This document shows, in pieces, positions 35,417 to 45,267 of a stretch of DNA of 64,000 bases (the stretch's first letter is position 1; the number at the start of each line of letters is the position of its first letter). The notes below the pieces were generated by a model. The model was not told where the DNA came from and made no database searches. It worked only from the letters and a program-made list of their open reading frames with translations. The DNA is from a virus. The translations under genes and the position numbers were made by a program. Where the stretch lies: IMG/VR virus record IMGVR_UViG_3300042301_003793; one strand, written 5' to 3'.

Positions 35417-35447
35417 AAAAAAAATATCGTCTAAAAAGACGATATTT
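35415..35447. terminator. Terminator between convergent genes
   Basis: AAATATCGTCT-aaaa-AGACGATATTT with an A-run on the left, giving a U-tail on the minus strand. Confidence 0.75.
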
Positions 35448-35472
35448 AAAATTATCGGTATTTTAAACGATG

Positions 35473-35790
35473 TTATCTTCTTCTTCTAAAATATCTTGAT
35501 TCTGTCATTTGTTCTGAATCCATCCTATCTTGACCCCAATTTTGGTTTGGTCTTTGATTTGCAACATCCATATCATTTCTTTCACTTCTAATTGCAAATT
35601 CTAATTCTTTTAAGTCAGACATAATTTCATCTGGTGTTCTTGCACCCAATGTACCACCTCTTTCTTCTAAAAAACTTCTTACAAAGTCCATAGCACTTCT
35701 TTGTTCCATTTTTTCATCTTCCATTTCAAAAATGGTTCTTTTAATTATTCTTGATAAATCTCTTTCTGTTAACCTAACTATTTTTTTCAT
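35473..35790 (-). CDS. Small putative head-cargo protein with LTE helix
   Basis: Start moved to MKKIVRLTERDLSRIIKRTIFE (35790). TATTTATA at 35810-35803. Confidence 0.7.
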   Translation of the reverse strand: MKKIVRLTERDLSRIIKRTIFEMEDEKMEQRSAMDFVRSFLEERGGTLGARTPDEIMSDLKELEFAIRSERNDMDVANQRPNQNWGQDRMDSEQMTESRYFRRRR

Positions 35791-35828
35791 AACTTTTTTT
35801 ATTATAAATATATCAATATTTAAAAAAG

Positions 35829-36437
35829 TTACTTCCAAATTTCTTTTAATCGCATATATCCTAACACACAAGTGTACGCATCTGTCTGGTCAAAATTTTC
35901 TTTTTTAAGTGTATTGTTTTTTGTATAACCCCAAGTTATTTGTGGTTCACGTTTTGCAACCTTTTCCCAGATTAACATTTTTTTATCAATGTCTTTTGGT
36001 AGACCACCAAATAATACAAATTTACCTTTATCGTTTTCTTGTACTAGTTCTGGCCAAGCATATTTCCTTGAGTTGTATGTTGATACAAATTCTGGAATAA
36101 TACCTAAAATATTATATATTTCTTTAAAAACAAAACTATTAAATCTTAATAAGGTTTGGATGGTATATACGTTATTTGAATTTAGTAGTGGTTCTTCAAT
36201 TATTACTTTAACAATTCCCAAATTAACATATTGTTTTAATTTTTCAGCAAAAATTTCTGATTTTAAAATTAACTCTTTTAACTTATCATCATCACCTTTA
36301 GCCATCTTTGGTCTTGGTGAAATATGTGTTAACTCCAACAGTTCTTGATTTTGGACTTCAAATAAAGCCCACCCAATTGTTTTGGTTGATATATCTAAAC
36401 CAAGTACTTTTGGTGAATTTTTAATTTGTTTTCCCAT
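35829..36437 (-). CDS. ruvC: RuvC-like Holliday junction resolvase
   Basis: VLGLDISTKTIGWA, VIIEEP, FDQTDA acidic triad. Confidence 0.8.
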   Translation of the reverse strand: MGKQIKNSPKVLGLDISTKTIGWALFEVQNQELLELTHISPRPKMAKGDDDKLKELILKSEIFAEKLKQYVNLGIVKVIIEEPLLNSNNVYTIQTLLRFNSFVFKEIYNILGIIPEFVSTYNSRKYAWPELVQENDKGKFVLFGGLPKDIDKKMLIWEKVAKREPQITWGYTKNNTLKKENFDQTDAYTCVLGYMRLKEIWK

Positions 36438-36486
36438 AATAATCTTTTTATTAAGATTATAAACTAAAAGGAATAAAACTAAATAA

Positions 36487-39192
36487 TTAGATGTCTATCT
36501 TAATCACGTACTGTTGAATGCCCTGTCTTAACGTTGGTGATTGTAGTTTAGACATTACAAGAATATCTTTGTTATCATCAAGTAATGCTATTTCAGTTAC
36601 GTATGATTTTGTACCTGGAATCCAAGATGGGTTTGTTGATACTTGAAACTCACTAGAACTTAAATTTATCTTATATTTCATTTCATAAATTGTTGCCATT
36701 ATGTCTGTTTCAAATGCACCATAGAAATAATACTCATCACCAAAATTTAATGATTGCCCAGTATATCCAACTGGTGTTAGATTAATGTAGTCATTTAAGT
36801 TATAGTATGGTGCTGAATCGTAGTTATCTGGAGAAATAATAAACGTTGTTCCAGTTAATGAACTTTGAGTAATAAAACCATCTATAAAACTATTTTGGAT
36901 TTGTGTTGTAAAATCTACTTTTTTCCACATCGCAGGATTCGGTCTTTGTCCTGTTTGTACTTTTTGAACAAGGATTTCAAATTCATCACCAAAGAAACCG
37001 TTTGGTGTAATACAAGGTGAACAATTTGGTAAATAATTTGTAGTTGTAGTTGTTGTTATTGGAAATATTGTTGTAGTTGTTGTTGTACATCCACTACAAT
37101 CATCAACCAAATCAATGATTAAATCACCTTTTGATTGGATACCAGAACTTGAACAAACAACAGTTCCAGTATTTCCTGGTAATGTGAGTGGTGATGTTTT
37201 TGTTTCATCACAACAAGGTGTAAATATAACATTTGTACTTCCAGTAAGTTCTGTATTTGTAATTTGATATCTACCACAGAATGAATTAGTTGTTGTTGTC
37301 GTAGTAATAGGTTGTAAACTATATGGTTGTATTAAACAATTAAAGTCACCACCAAATCTTACAGCGACATTTTTTGAAACGTCTGGACTACACTCGTTAT
37401 TGTTACCTTTAATCGATGAATAATAATTACAATGTAATGAATTTGTAAAACAGAAAGTGTTATTTATTCTATATGTCACAAATAAAGTTTGTGAATCACC
37501 AGTTAATATACCTTGTGATGATGTTGTTGTATCACAAGTATTTGGTGTTATTAATGAAACTTGTGGTGCCGGTAATGTCCAGTTTCTATTTGACTTATAC
37601 GACATCGCTGCAATAATTTCTTCATCATCAATAATAACTAACTTACTATCTGGAAATACCTTACCAATTCTATTTGGTAATCCATCTGAATTAGGGTTTG
37701 TGTCCCACAAATGATAATACCTAATACCAGGTTGATTCATTCCTTCATTTTTTGTGGACTGAATATAATACGGTGTAAATAATTCTTTATCGTCAAATCC
37801 TGGAGGATCTACCCAGAAAGTTTGACCATTACAACAATTTGGATTTTTATGCCACATTAACCAAGGAATATGTAACTTAAAGTTTCTTGCTTGTCCAGTT
37901 GTATCATCTGGATTGGTTGGGTCGTATGGTTCTAATGCAAATTTTTCACCATAGAAGAAATCAATTGTTTGATTTGTATAATGAATTATTGCAATTGCCT
38001 TTTGTTCTTCTGGTTTTACTTGTACAATTTCACCAAAAGAATTATAATAAAAGGTATAACTTGTGTCTGTTTGTCCTAGACTAGAATTATAACCAAAATA
38101 TTCTTTACTACCTATATAATCTATTGAACCGAATTGCGTATAGTCTTTGAATTGACTTGGTATCAACCCTGCTGGGTTTTCTGTCCAAGGAATGTTCATA
38201 TTCCATACTTTAACATCAAATTGGTCTGTATCACAAATAGATTCAAAATCAATAACTTGTTCACTCCAATGTGGCATAGGTGTTATACTATCATATAATT
38301 GAGTCATACTAGAAGGATATAAAATTGCTCTAGAATAACAATTTACAGGATAACAAGTATAATTTGGTACGTTTCTATCAACTGTGATTGTATCCAAACA
38401 AATATCAACAATTTTGTAAGTTAACATAATTGTACAACTTTGTACTGGCATAAAACATTGTGGTGGTGGAGGTAATGGACATTGTGGACTAGGTGTTGGT
38501 GTTAAACAAGGAGTCTTTGACGGTGTAGGTGTTGGGGTTGGTGATAAACAAGGTATAATGGTTGTAGTTGTTGTAGTCGATGTTGTTGTCGTTGTTCCAG
38601 TAGGTGTTGGTGTCGGTGTAGGTAAGTTTACACATAGACAATTACAATCTGCTTGTCCGTCATAAAAAATTGTTATAATATCACCAATTTGTGGTTTTAC
38701 TGTATTTGGTGTATTACATCCAGAATAAATAAGTGTAATTTGATTTGACCCATCTAATGTCGACATATCAACAACATAGTTACCACTTAAAGCATATTGA
38801 TTACCAGTTAAAACTTCCCAATTTATTGTAGATGCTGTTGTAATTCCACCAAAAAATCCTCTTAATGGTGCTCTATTAAAAACAGAGTCAATAACAGAAT
38901 CCATAAATGGAATACCATAAGTGTTTCTTTGGTTAGTATCGGCATAATAAGGATATTTAACATACTGTCTATTTGATTGTGGAACACCAACAGTATTTTG
39001 ACTGTTAAATCCAGGTTCTAACACAAAACTATTAGATTGGTTGTAGGTTTGGGGTAATTTATCATACGATACTTCACTATCTCCAACTTGGAAATAAGAT
39101 ATTTTAAAATTACCTTGTGATAATTTTTGTCTACCTACGTCTGTGATTCTTGTGTTTACTAGACCTGATGTATTTTTTATTATGTATGCCAT
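36487..39192 (-). CDS. Tail collar/fibre-type protein with Pro-Thr and poly-Thr tracts
   Basis: N-terminal ITDVGRQKL...FQVGDSE and C-terminal VTEIALLDD...LVMSKL resemble the two halves of a tail-collar fibre N-domain. The insert is Cys- and Thr-rich. TATTTATA at 39206-39199. Confidence 0.6.
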   Translation of the reverse strand: MAYIIKNTSGLVNTRITDVGRQKLSQGNFKISYFQVGDSEVSYDKLPQTYNQSNSFVLEPGFNSQNTVGVPQSNRQYVKYPYYADTNQRNTYGIPFMDSVIDSVFNRAPLRGFFGGITTASTINWEVLTGNQYALSGNYVVDMSTLDGSNQITLIYSGCNTPNTVKPQIGDIITIFYDGQADCNCLCVNLPTPTPTPTGTTTTTSTTTTTTIIPCLSPTPTPTPSKTPCLTPTPSPQCPLPPPPQCFMPVQSCTIMLTYKIVDICLDTITVDRNVPNYTCYPVNCYSRAILYPSSMTQLYDSITPMPHWSEQVIDFESICDTDQFDVKVWNMNIPWTENPAGLIPSQFKDYTQFGSIDYIGSKEYFGYNSSLGQTDTSYTFYYNSFGEIVQVKPEEQKAIAIIHYTNQTIDFFYGEKFALEPYDPTNPDDTTGQARNFKLHIPWLMWHKNPNCCNGQTFWVDPPGFDDKELFTPYYIQSTKNEGMNQPGIRYYHLWDTNPNSDGLPNRIGKVFPDSKLVIIDDEEIIAAMSYKSNRNWTLPAPQVSLITPNTCDTTTSSQGILTGDSQTLFVTYRINNTFCFTNSLHCNYYSSIKGNNNECSPDVSKNVAVRFGGDFNCLIQPYSLQPITTTTTTNSFCGRYQITNTELTGSTNVIFTPCCDETKTSPLTLPGNTGTVVCSSSGIQSKGDLIIDLVDDCSGCTTTTTTIFPITTTTTTNYLPNCSPCITPNGFFGDEFEILVQKVQTGQRPNPAMWKKVDFTTQIQNSFIDGFITQSSLTGTTFIISPDNYDSAPYYNLNDYINLTPVGYTGQSLNFGDEYYFYGAFETDIMATIYEMKYKINLSSSEFQVSTNPSWIPGTKSYVTEIALLDDNKDILVMSKLQSPTLRQGIQQYVIKIDI
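38459..38623 (-). repeat. Coding low-complexity tract LPTPTPTPTGTTTTTSTTTTTT...PTPTPTP...PLPPPP
   Basis: Codon-degenerate ACN and CCN repeats within 36487-39192. Confidence 0.85.
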
Positions 39193-39230
39193 CTATTTTA
39201 TAAATATTTATAACAATTAAATTTAAAATT

Positions 39231-41294
39231 TTAATTTGGTTTTATTGGGTTTACAACCTGCACATCACAACAATCACAATTATTAACCGTTGGTTTACCT
39301 ACAATATATAAATTAAAGTCTCTATTTGCACCACGACATAAACCTACAGGTAAGTTATTTATAATATCAGTATACGAGCCTGTTATTGTTTGTCCACCAC
39401 TTATTGTTAACTGTTTTGTATAAGTTTTAATTTGTTGGTTTTGTGTTGGTACAGGTACTATACAATTGATATTTAAAGCCACTTGACTATTTGTTATTAT
39501 TGGTACACCCATGTCTCCTAATCCACCATCAAATGTTACCGTATTATCTAAACTTGGTGTTGGTAGAATGTTTGGTGGATAGTAATTTAATTGTGAATAT
39601 TGTTCAATATTAAATGTAATTATTTGTGTTGGGTCTAAATTAATAGATGGTTGTATTTGGAATGTATTAGAAACATCGTCTAATGTTAATGTTAAAACAA
39701 AAGTTTCTGGATTAGTTTGTGTTAAAGTAACTAAAGAAGGTGTTGATTGATAACCTAAACTGTCTTTTACAACAACTATATAACTTCCAGCATTTAAATT
39801 AGAAAAAGTTGATAATGTACTAAATGTTGTTCCATTATTAATCGAATATTGATAGGGTGGTACACCACCAAATGCTTGTATTGCGATACTACCTTTTGTA
39901 TCACAAATTAAATCATTTTTTGTTATATTTAAACTAATTTCTTTATAGTTAACACAATCACCAGTTGTTACTGTAATATCGATAATAGTAGGATCACCAA
40001 GTCCTTGCCAACCAATTAAAGGTGGCGGTGTTGGATTGTTATTTATAATACTACCAAACACAGAACTTCCTGAAACAATCCACTGATTTGTCGTTCCAGT
40101 ATTAAAATACATAAAATATAAATCATTATCTGATAACCAACTTTGGGTTCCATTTGTAATATTATATGGTTCAAATTGTATTTGTTCAAAAATAACAGAT
40201 TGTAATTTTGTAGGGCCTTTTTTTCTAATGGTCATACATAAATCACCATATACTGGAATTGGTTTTGTTGTTGTAGTAGTTGTAGTTGTTGGTGTTTCAG
40301 CTGTTAGGACACAGGTTGTGTTGGCTGTAAAATCACCATAAAAATCAATAACAGTTGCATTGTAATTTCCAACATTAAGATTGTAAATTAATGGTGTAAT
40401 ACTTCCAGTACTCCAAATTATTGTATACGGTGATGTTCCACCAGTTATTATTAGTGTTGCGGCACCATCAAATGAATTATAAGTTGACGGATGTGTTACT
40501 AAACATTCAACTTCCATTGGAAATATTGTTAATACGTCACATTCATTTCTTGGTTCTATTGTAATTGGTATAGAACAAGAACATCCTTCTTCTTGGTTAA
40601 TCTCAAACCCATAAGTTTCAACACAGCTTTGTACTCCGATATATTTTACTTCGTAACATTTTTCTGGTATTGGTAATGGATCTGTTATAGTAATTAATAA
40701 TGAATTATTTACATATCCAGAGAAAATTGGACTTGCACTAGTAAATGTTGGTACTGTTCCATCACAAGAGGATATCTCATAACAATCTGTATCACAAGGG
40801 TTACTTTCAACACAACTTACACAACCCAAGTCACCAAAAACTTCTGGGTTTTTAAAAATTGGGTAATAATTTGGTTGTAAGCCAAATTTTATTGATTTTT
40901 TATCGTAAACATAAAAACACCCATCATATGTTTCACCGCTAAGTAATGAAGGTGTATAACTATCACAATATACCGAATCATCAAGATTTAAGTAATCATC
41001 ATTGGCTAAAATTGTAATGTATTGGTTATCAATACAACAAGAACTTAAAAAATAAATTGAATTTGGTGTTACAACTTCATCACGTTGGAAATTATTTGTA
41101 TTTCCACTTATTGGGAATAACCCACAAAAATTTATTATAGCACTTTCTTGTGGTTCAAAACTTTCAAAAACAGTATTTCCAGAACAATCAATAAAAGTTA
41201 GTGTTTCAGTTGTTGTTCCAGTATTAACAATACCAGTCACTTTACAAGTTGTAAAACAATTTAAAATAAGGGGTGAAAAACTAACTTTAGCCAT
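39231..41294 (-). CDS. Cys-rich virion protein with SprB-like repeats and a poly-Thr tract
   Basis: GGTSPYTIIWSTG...NLNVGNYNATVID, GGVPPYQYSINNG...NLNAGSYIVVVKD, and PTTTTTTTTKP. Confidence 0.65.
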   Translation of the reverse strand: MAKVSFSPLILNCFTTCKVTGIVNTGTTTETLTFIDCSGNTVFESFEPQESAIINFCGLFPISGNTNNFQRDEVVTPNSIYFLSSCCIDNQYITILANDDYLNLDDSVYCDSYTPSLLSGETYDGCFYVYDKKSIKFGLQPNYYPIFKNPEVFGDLGCVSCVESNPCDTDCYEISSCDGTVPTFTSASPIFSGYVNNSLLITITDPLPIPEKCYEVKYIGVQSCVETYGFEINQEEGCSCSIPITIEPRNECDVLTIFPMEVECLVTHPSTYNSFDGAATLIITGGTSPYTIIWSTGSITPLIYNLNVGNYNATVIDFYGDFTANTTCVLTAETPTTTTTTTTKPIPVYGDLCMTIRKKGPTKLQSVIFEQIQFEPYNITNGTQSWLSDNDLYFMYFNTGTTNQWIVSGSSVFGSIINNNPTPPPLIGWQGLGDPTIIDITVTTGDCVNYKEISLNITKNDLICDTKGSIAIQAFGGVPPYQYSINNGTTFSTLSTFSNLNAGSYIVVVKDSLGYQSTPSLVTLTQTNPETFVLTLTLDDVSNTFQIQPSINLDPTQIITFNIEQYSQLNYYPPNILPTPSLDNTVTFDGGLGDMGVPIITNSQVALNINCIVPVPTQNQQIKTYTKQLTISGGQTITGSYTDIINNLPVGLCRGANRDFNLYIVGKPTVNNCDCCDVQVVNPIKPN

Positions 41295-41306
41295 ACTAAT
41301 AAATAA

Positions 41307-42287
41307 TTAGTTTTTTGTTTTTTCAATATAAGATTTCATAACATCAATATATTTTATTGTTGTACTATTAGAATCTATGTAATTAAAGTGGCTTTCATTT
41401 TCACGTAGTTTTTCAATTGGGTCAACATTTATATAATCGCCTTTATAAAATTTTGTGGATTTAAGGGTATCGGTTACACCCGCCATATGAAGAATAGGCA
41501 TTTTTTCATATTTTTCTATGTTGTCTGTTGCCCAAGAAAAATCAAGTTCATTTGTAATTTCAGTTTTATAATCAAATAACCATAAATTCCAAAGTAATGA
41601 CCACATTTCAGCTGTCCAAAATTGTATCTGACCAGGGTTGATTGGAAATCTTCTTTGGTAGTCTAACATTTGATTATATAGTGGTGTACAGTCATCATAA
41701 ACTTTTTTCCAAAACTCTGAATTTGTATTTTTTATAAGATATTGACCGCCACCAGAATTTTTTTGATTTTCTTTTATTACATCAACATCTATTCCTACAA
41801 CACTGGCCATTTCTTTTATTAGTTGTCCTTTTTCTGAATTTGGGTGTCTAGTTTCGTAGTTGTTACAACAATACATAATATAATCATAACCAATATATCC
41901 AATTGTGTCGGACAAATAACTTATATCATCTTTAACTAAACTTTTAAAGTCTGGTAGTGTTCTGAAAATAATATCAGCATCGTGTAAAAATATTTTTTTA
42001 CCCAGTTTTGGGAACTCTTTTAGCCATTGTGAAACAAGGTATGGTTTTATACTAGGTATGTAAGATTTTACATCTCTATTGTCTTCATAAAAATGTATAT
42101 TAACACCTAATTCCTTTAACTCTAAAGCACCTTTACTTGGTTCTTTAATTCCGTGAACAAGAGCTAATAAAACGTGTATTTGTTTTGGTTTAATTCCTTT
42201 TTCTATGAAATTATGAACATATAGTTTAATTTGCCAATGAAAATATGGAACGTCTGGTTGTGCAGTTACAAATACAATATCTTTCAT
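41307..42287 (-). CDS. GT-A glycosyltransferase resembling plant SGT1/HPAT (GT96/GT95) protein O-glycosyltransferases
   Basis: YFHWQ...VHNF, YIPSIKP..VSQWL, LHDADIIFR (DxD), GGGQY, WTAEMW and ILH in the same order as the recalled SGT1 motifs YFDWQ..MHSF, YPAINKP..W, ILDADM, WISEMY and MHY. No signal peptide or TM. Confidence 0.7.
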   Translation of the reverse strand: MKDIVFVTAQPDVPYFHWQIKLYVHNFIEKGIKPKQIHVLLALVHGIKEPSKGALELKELGVNIHFYEDNRDVKSYIPSIKPYLVSQWLKEFPKLGKKIFLHDADIIFRTLPDFKSLVKDDISYLSDTIGYIGYDYIMYCCNNYETRHPNSEKGQLIKEMASVVGIDVDVIKENQKNSGGGQYLIKNTNSEFWKKVYDDCTPLYNQMLDYQRRFPINPGQIQFWTAEMWSLLWNLWLFDYKTEITNELDFSWATDNIEKYEKMPILHMAGVTDTLKSTKFYKGDYINVDPIEKLRENESHFNYIDSNSTTIKYIDVMKSYIEKTKN

Positions 42288-42316
42288 ACTAAAAAAGTAT
42301 AAAGGATTGTTTTATT

Positions 42317-43537
42317 TTATAAATAATATAATACTTCAGCAGTTCCTAAAAATGTCGCACTCGCACTTAGTGGTGTTATACATACCCACATTTCATCAAG
42401 TGTTCCATTAACATTAGAACCAACTCTAATTTGATTGTCATCCACTTTAATCGTTGTAAGTGCTGATGTTCCTAATTCACCAATTAAGGATGACATAATG
42501 TGACCTGGTGATGTTATTGTTGCTGTCACAGTTCCGTTGTAAATTGAATATTGGAATGGTGAATTTGGTATATCGGTCCAACTTGGGGTTACAGACAATG
42601 TGGGGTTAAACTCAATAGTCACCAAGTAATTATCATTTGTGGTGTTTAAAATACTCAAACTACTATATTGTGATGTCACTGATTTATAACCTTGTTTAAG
42701 TCTATAACCAATATATGGGTATTTTGTACCTGACGAATTTAAATCTGCGTTTGTTGCGTTTTGAATACCTACAGTGGAGTACAACCCGTTTAATGCCCCT
42801 TCTGTTGATACTTGTGAACATATCATATCAAAATATCCAGAACCAACCCCAACCTGTCTTATTTCGTACCTGATAGGTTGATTTGGTGATGACATATAAA
42901 CATTTGGTTCATTATTTGCACAATTGTGTTCTGTAAAATAAAATAATTGTCCTGCGATATCCAAACCGAATCTCATTCTACCAACACCTAACCATTGATA
43001 ATCAACCGACATTAAATTAGTGTTAGACCAATTTATTCCTACTGGGTCAAACCCATTATTATCCCACACTGTTGTTGCGGCACTATATACCGTTGTACCC
43101 GACCTCCATATCTGAAAACTTATAGTGTTTGTGACTCCATTACTTTCTAAAAAGAATCCATCAAATACTGAATTATATGTGGATGCGGTTGTTGATGTGA
43201 ACCCACCAACTCTTTTTATAACATTTGTCTCTAATTGGAAGTTTGAGAAACTCGCTTGAAATAATTGACTCTTACCTGGTTGATAAATTGGGTGTGTTTT
43301 ACCTTGTCTAATTACCAAATCATTATTTGCGGATGTTGACATTCTAACTCTAGCATACTCTTGATTAAAAATAGAAGTTGCGGTTCCTGCTGTAACTTCG
43401 TTTATTTGTAATGGATTTTTATCATAGACGTGTTTTATATCCACTAAATTTTGTACGGCTGCTGTTCTTAATCTACCAAACGCATCAAGGTTTGGGCTAT
43501 CTGAATAAGAAACTTTATTATTAAAAATGAAACTCAT
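42317..43537 (-). CDS. Beta-rich virion protein (DAFGRLR family)
   Basis: Start moved to MSFIFNN (ATGA overlap with the upstream stop); NLDAFGRLR, DYQWLGVGRMRFG. Confidence 0.6.
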   Translation of the reverse strand: MSFIFNNKVSYSDSPNLDAFGRLRTAAVQNLVDIKHVYDKNPLQINEVTAGTATSIFNQEYARVRMSTSANNDLVIRQGKTHPIYQPGKSQLFQASFSNFQLETNVIKRVGGFTSTTASTYNSVFDGFFLESNGVTNTISFQIWRSGTTVYSAATTVWDNNGFDPVGINWSNTNLMSVDYQWLGVGRMRFGLDIAGQLFYFTEHNCANNEPNVYMSSPNQPIRYEIRQVGVGSGYFDMICSQVSTEGALNGLYSTVGIQNATNADLNSSGTKYPYIGYRLKQGYKSVTSQYSSLSILNTTNDNYLVTIEFNPTLSVTPSWTDIPNSPFQYSIYNGTVTATITSPGHIMSSLIGELGTSALTTIKVDDNQIRVGSNVNGTLDEMWVCITPLSASATFLGTAEVLYYL

Positions 43538-45234
43538 ATTATCCACCAATTATTATTTCTTGCCACAAATGTAAGTGACATATAGTTTATGTTCATATCT
43601 ATATAAGTATTACCATCTATTAAACCAGTTGTTGGTGTTACCCTTATTCTATAAGAACCTGCAGTTCCTCTTTCGTCTTTTATTTTAAAATTAAAACCAT
43701 CTAAACTTAATGGACTAGGAATTTGTATATCAGTATCACCACTATAAGTTACACCGTAATATGTGAAATTTGTTGATGCGGTATATCCTGATACCGAAAC
43801 ACTTGTTGTGTTTATATATGATGGTTGTGCTGTTTTATATTTTACAACACCTGTTGCGGAATCTCTTACTAAATAATCAGTTAAAGATTGATCCAAAATT
43901 GGTGTATCCTGTAATGCTAAATAATTTACGTGTAGGGTACAAGCAGAAACAGATTTAACATCTTTACCTACAGCACTTGATAAAATATGGTTTACTGTGT
44001 TACCAGAACCTCCTAAAATAGATGAATAACTACATAGTGTTGTATTTAATCTACCACCACCAACAAACGATCTACATCCAGAAGTTTTGTTTGTATCACC
44101 TCCAGCAATTGTTGAGTTTAGACTTAAGGCTTCATTTCCAACACCACCACCAATTGTTGAGTAACATGACGCGGTATTGCTACCACCACCACTTACTGTT
44201 GAAAACAGTGTTGCTGTATTATTACCACCACCGGCAACAGTAGAGTAGTCTTGATTTGTGACGTTGAATGTACCTCCATTTATTGAATTTGCATAACCAG
44301 ATGCTGAGTTTCCCAAACCACCAGAAACAACCGAATAAATTCCTGATACCGTATTGTAGTAACCACCTGAAATTGTGGTATAAATTGCTGAAGTTGTATT
44401 ACAATATCCACCACTTATTGTTGACATACAACCATTTGTTGTATTACAATATCCACCGCCGATTGTTGAATAATTACCATTTGTTGTATTTCTAACACCA
44501 CCACTAATTGTTTGACCATTGTAATATGAAGAAAGTGTTGTATTAAAAGTTCCTCCAGCAATTGTATTTCCATAACTATCAGAGTAAGCACTATAAGATG
44601 ATATTGTGTTAAAAGAACCGCCACCAATCGTTGACCCATAAACACAATAACTTCCAGATGTTGTTATTGTGTCTATTTTATTTAAACATCCTCCTCCGAT
44701 TAAACTTGAGCACGTATCTACTATTGTATTTCCTTCACCTCCACCTATTACTGAAACACCTCCAAACACCACGTTACAAAACCCACCACTAATTGTTGTG
44801 TAATTATTTAGAGCTGTATTACAACCACTTGTATTAAAGCTTCCGCCACCAACTATTGATCCTTCACCACCGGTTGTATTATTTTGACCACCACTAATAG
44901 TACCAAGAAGATCTATTGATTTGTTATTCAATCCGCCAGAAACAACGGCCCAATATCCACTAGCTGTGTTACAAAACCCACCACTTACTAATGAACAATT
45001 ACCACTAGCATCATTATTAAAACCAACTCTCTGTGTTGAGTCTGTGCCAAGTCCTACTTCATATAATTGTGTATTTCCAGTAAATCCAGATAATATTGCG
45101 TCAGATACTTGTTGTATTGTTGCTTTATATGATGAACCAGCTGGATTTTGTGATGTATCACCAGTAATCACAATATGTATTAAATCTTGTAATGTAACTC
45201 CTGTTGCTAATGTTCTGTCGGTAAGAAATGCCAT
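43534..45234 (-). CDS. Tail fibre with GGxxN repeats
   Basis: About 20 [ISV]xGGxxN repeats of roughly 14 aa, and a C-terminal ...IKDERG...LTFV..NNWWII domain. TATTTATA at 45255-45248. Confidence 0.7.
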   Translation of the reverse strand: MAFLTDRTLATGVTLQDLIHIVITGDTSQNPAGSSYKATIQQVSDAILSGFTGNTQLYEVGLGTDSTQRVGFNNDASGNCSLVSGGFCNTASGYWAVVSGGLNNKSIDLLGTISGGQNNTTGGEGSIVGGGSFNTSGCNTALNNYTTISGGFCNVVFGGVSVIGGGEGNTIVDTCSSLIGGGCLNKIDTITTSGSYCVYGSTIGGGSFNTISSYSAYSDSYGNTIAGGTFNTTLSSYYNGQTISGGVRNTTNGNYSTIGGGYCNTTNGCMSTISGGYCNTTSAIYTTISGGYYNTVSGIYSVVSGGLGNSASGYANSINGGTFNVTNQDYSTVAGGGNNTATLFSTVSGGGSNTASCYSTIGGGVGNEALSLNSTIAGGDTNKTSGCRSFVGGGRLNTTLCSYSSILGGSGNTVNHILSSAVGKDVKSVSACTLHVNYLALQDTPILDQSLTDYLVRDSATGVVKYKTAQPSYINTTSVSVSGYTASTNFTYYGVTYSGDTDIQIPSPLSLDGFNFKIKDERGTAGSYRIRVTPTTGLIDGNTYIDMNINYMSLTFVARNNNWWII

Positions 45235-45267
45235 CTATAGTTTTATTTATAAATACATTAAGTTTTA

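Noticed and set aside
35829-36437. TnpB/Cas12-like or IS-derived RuvC
   Set aside because: Only 202 aa, with no zinc finger, HTH, terminal repeats or transposase; fits a stand-alone resolvase.
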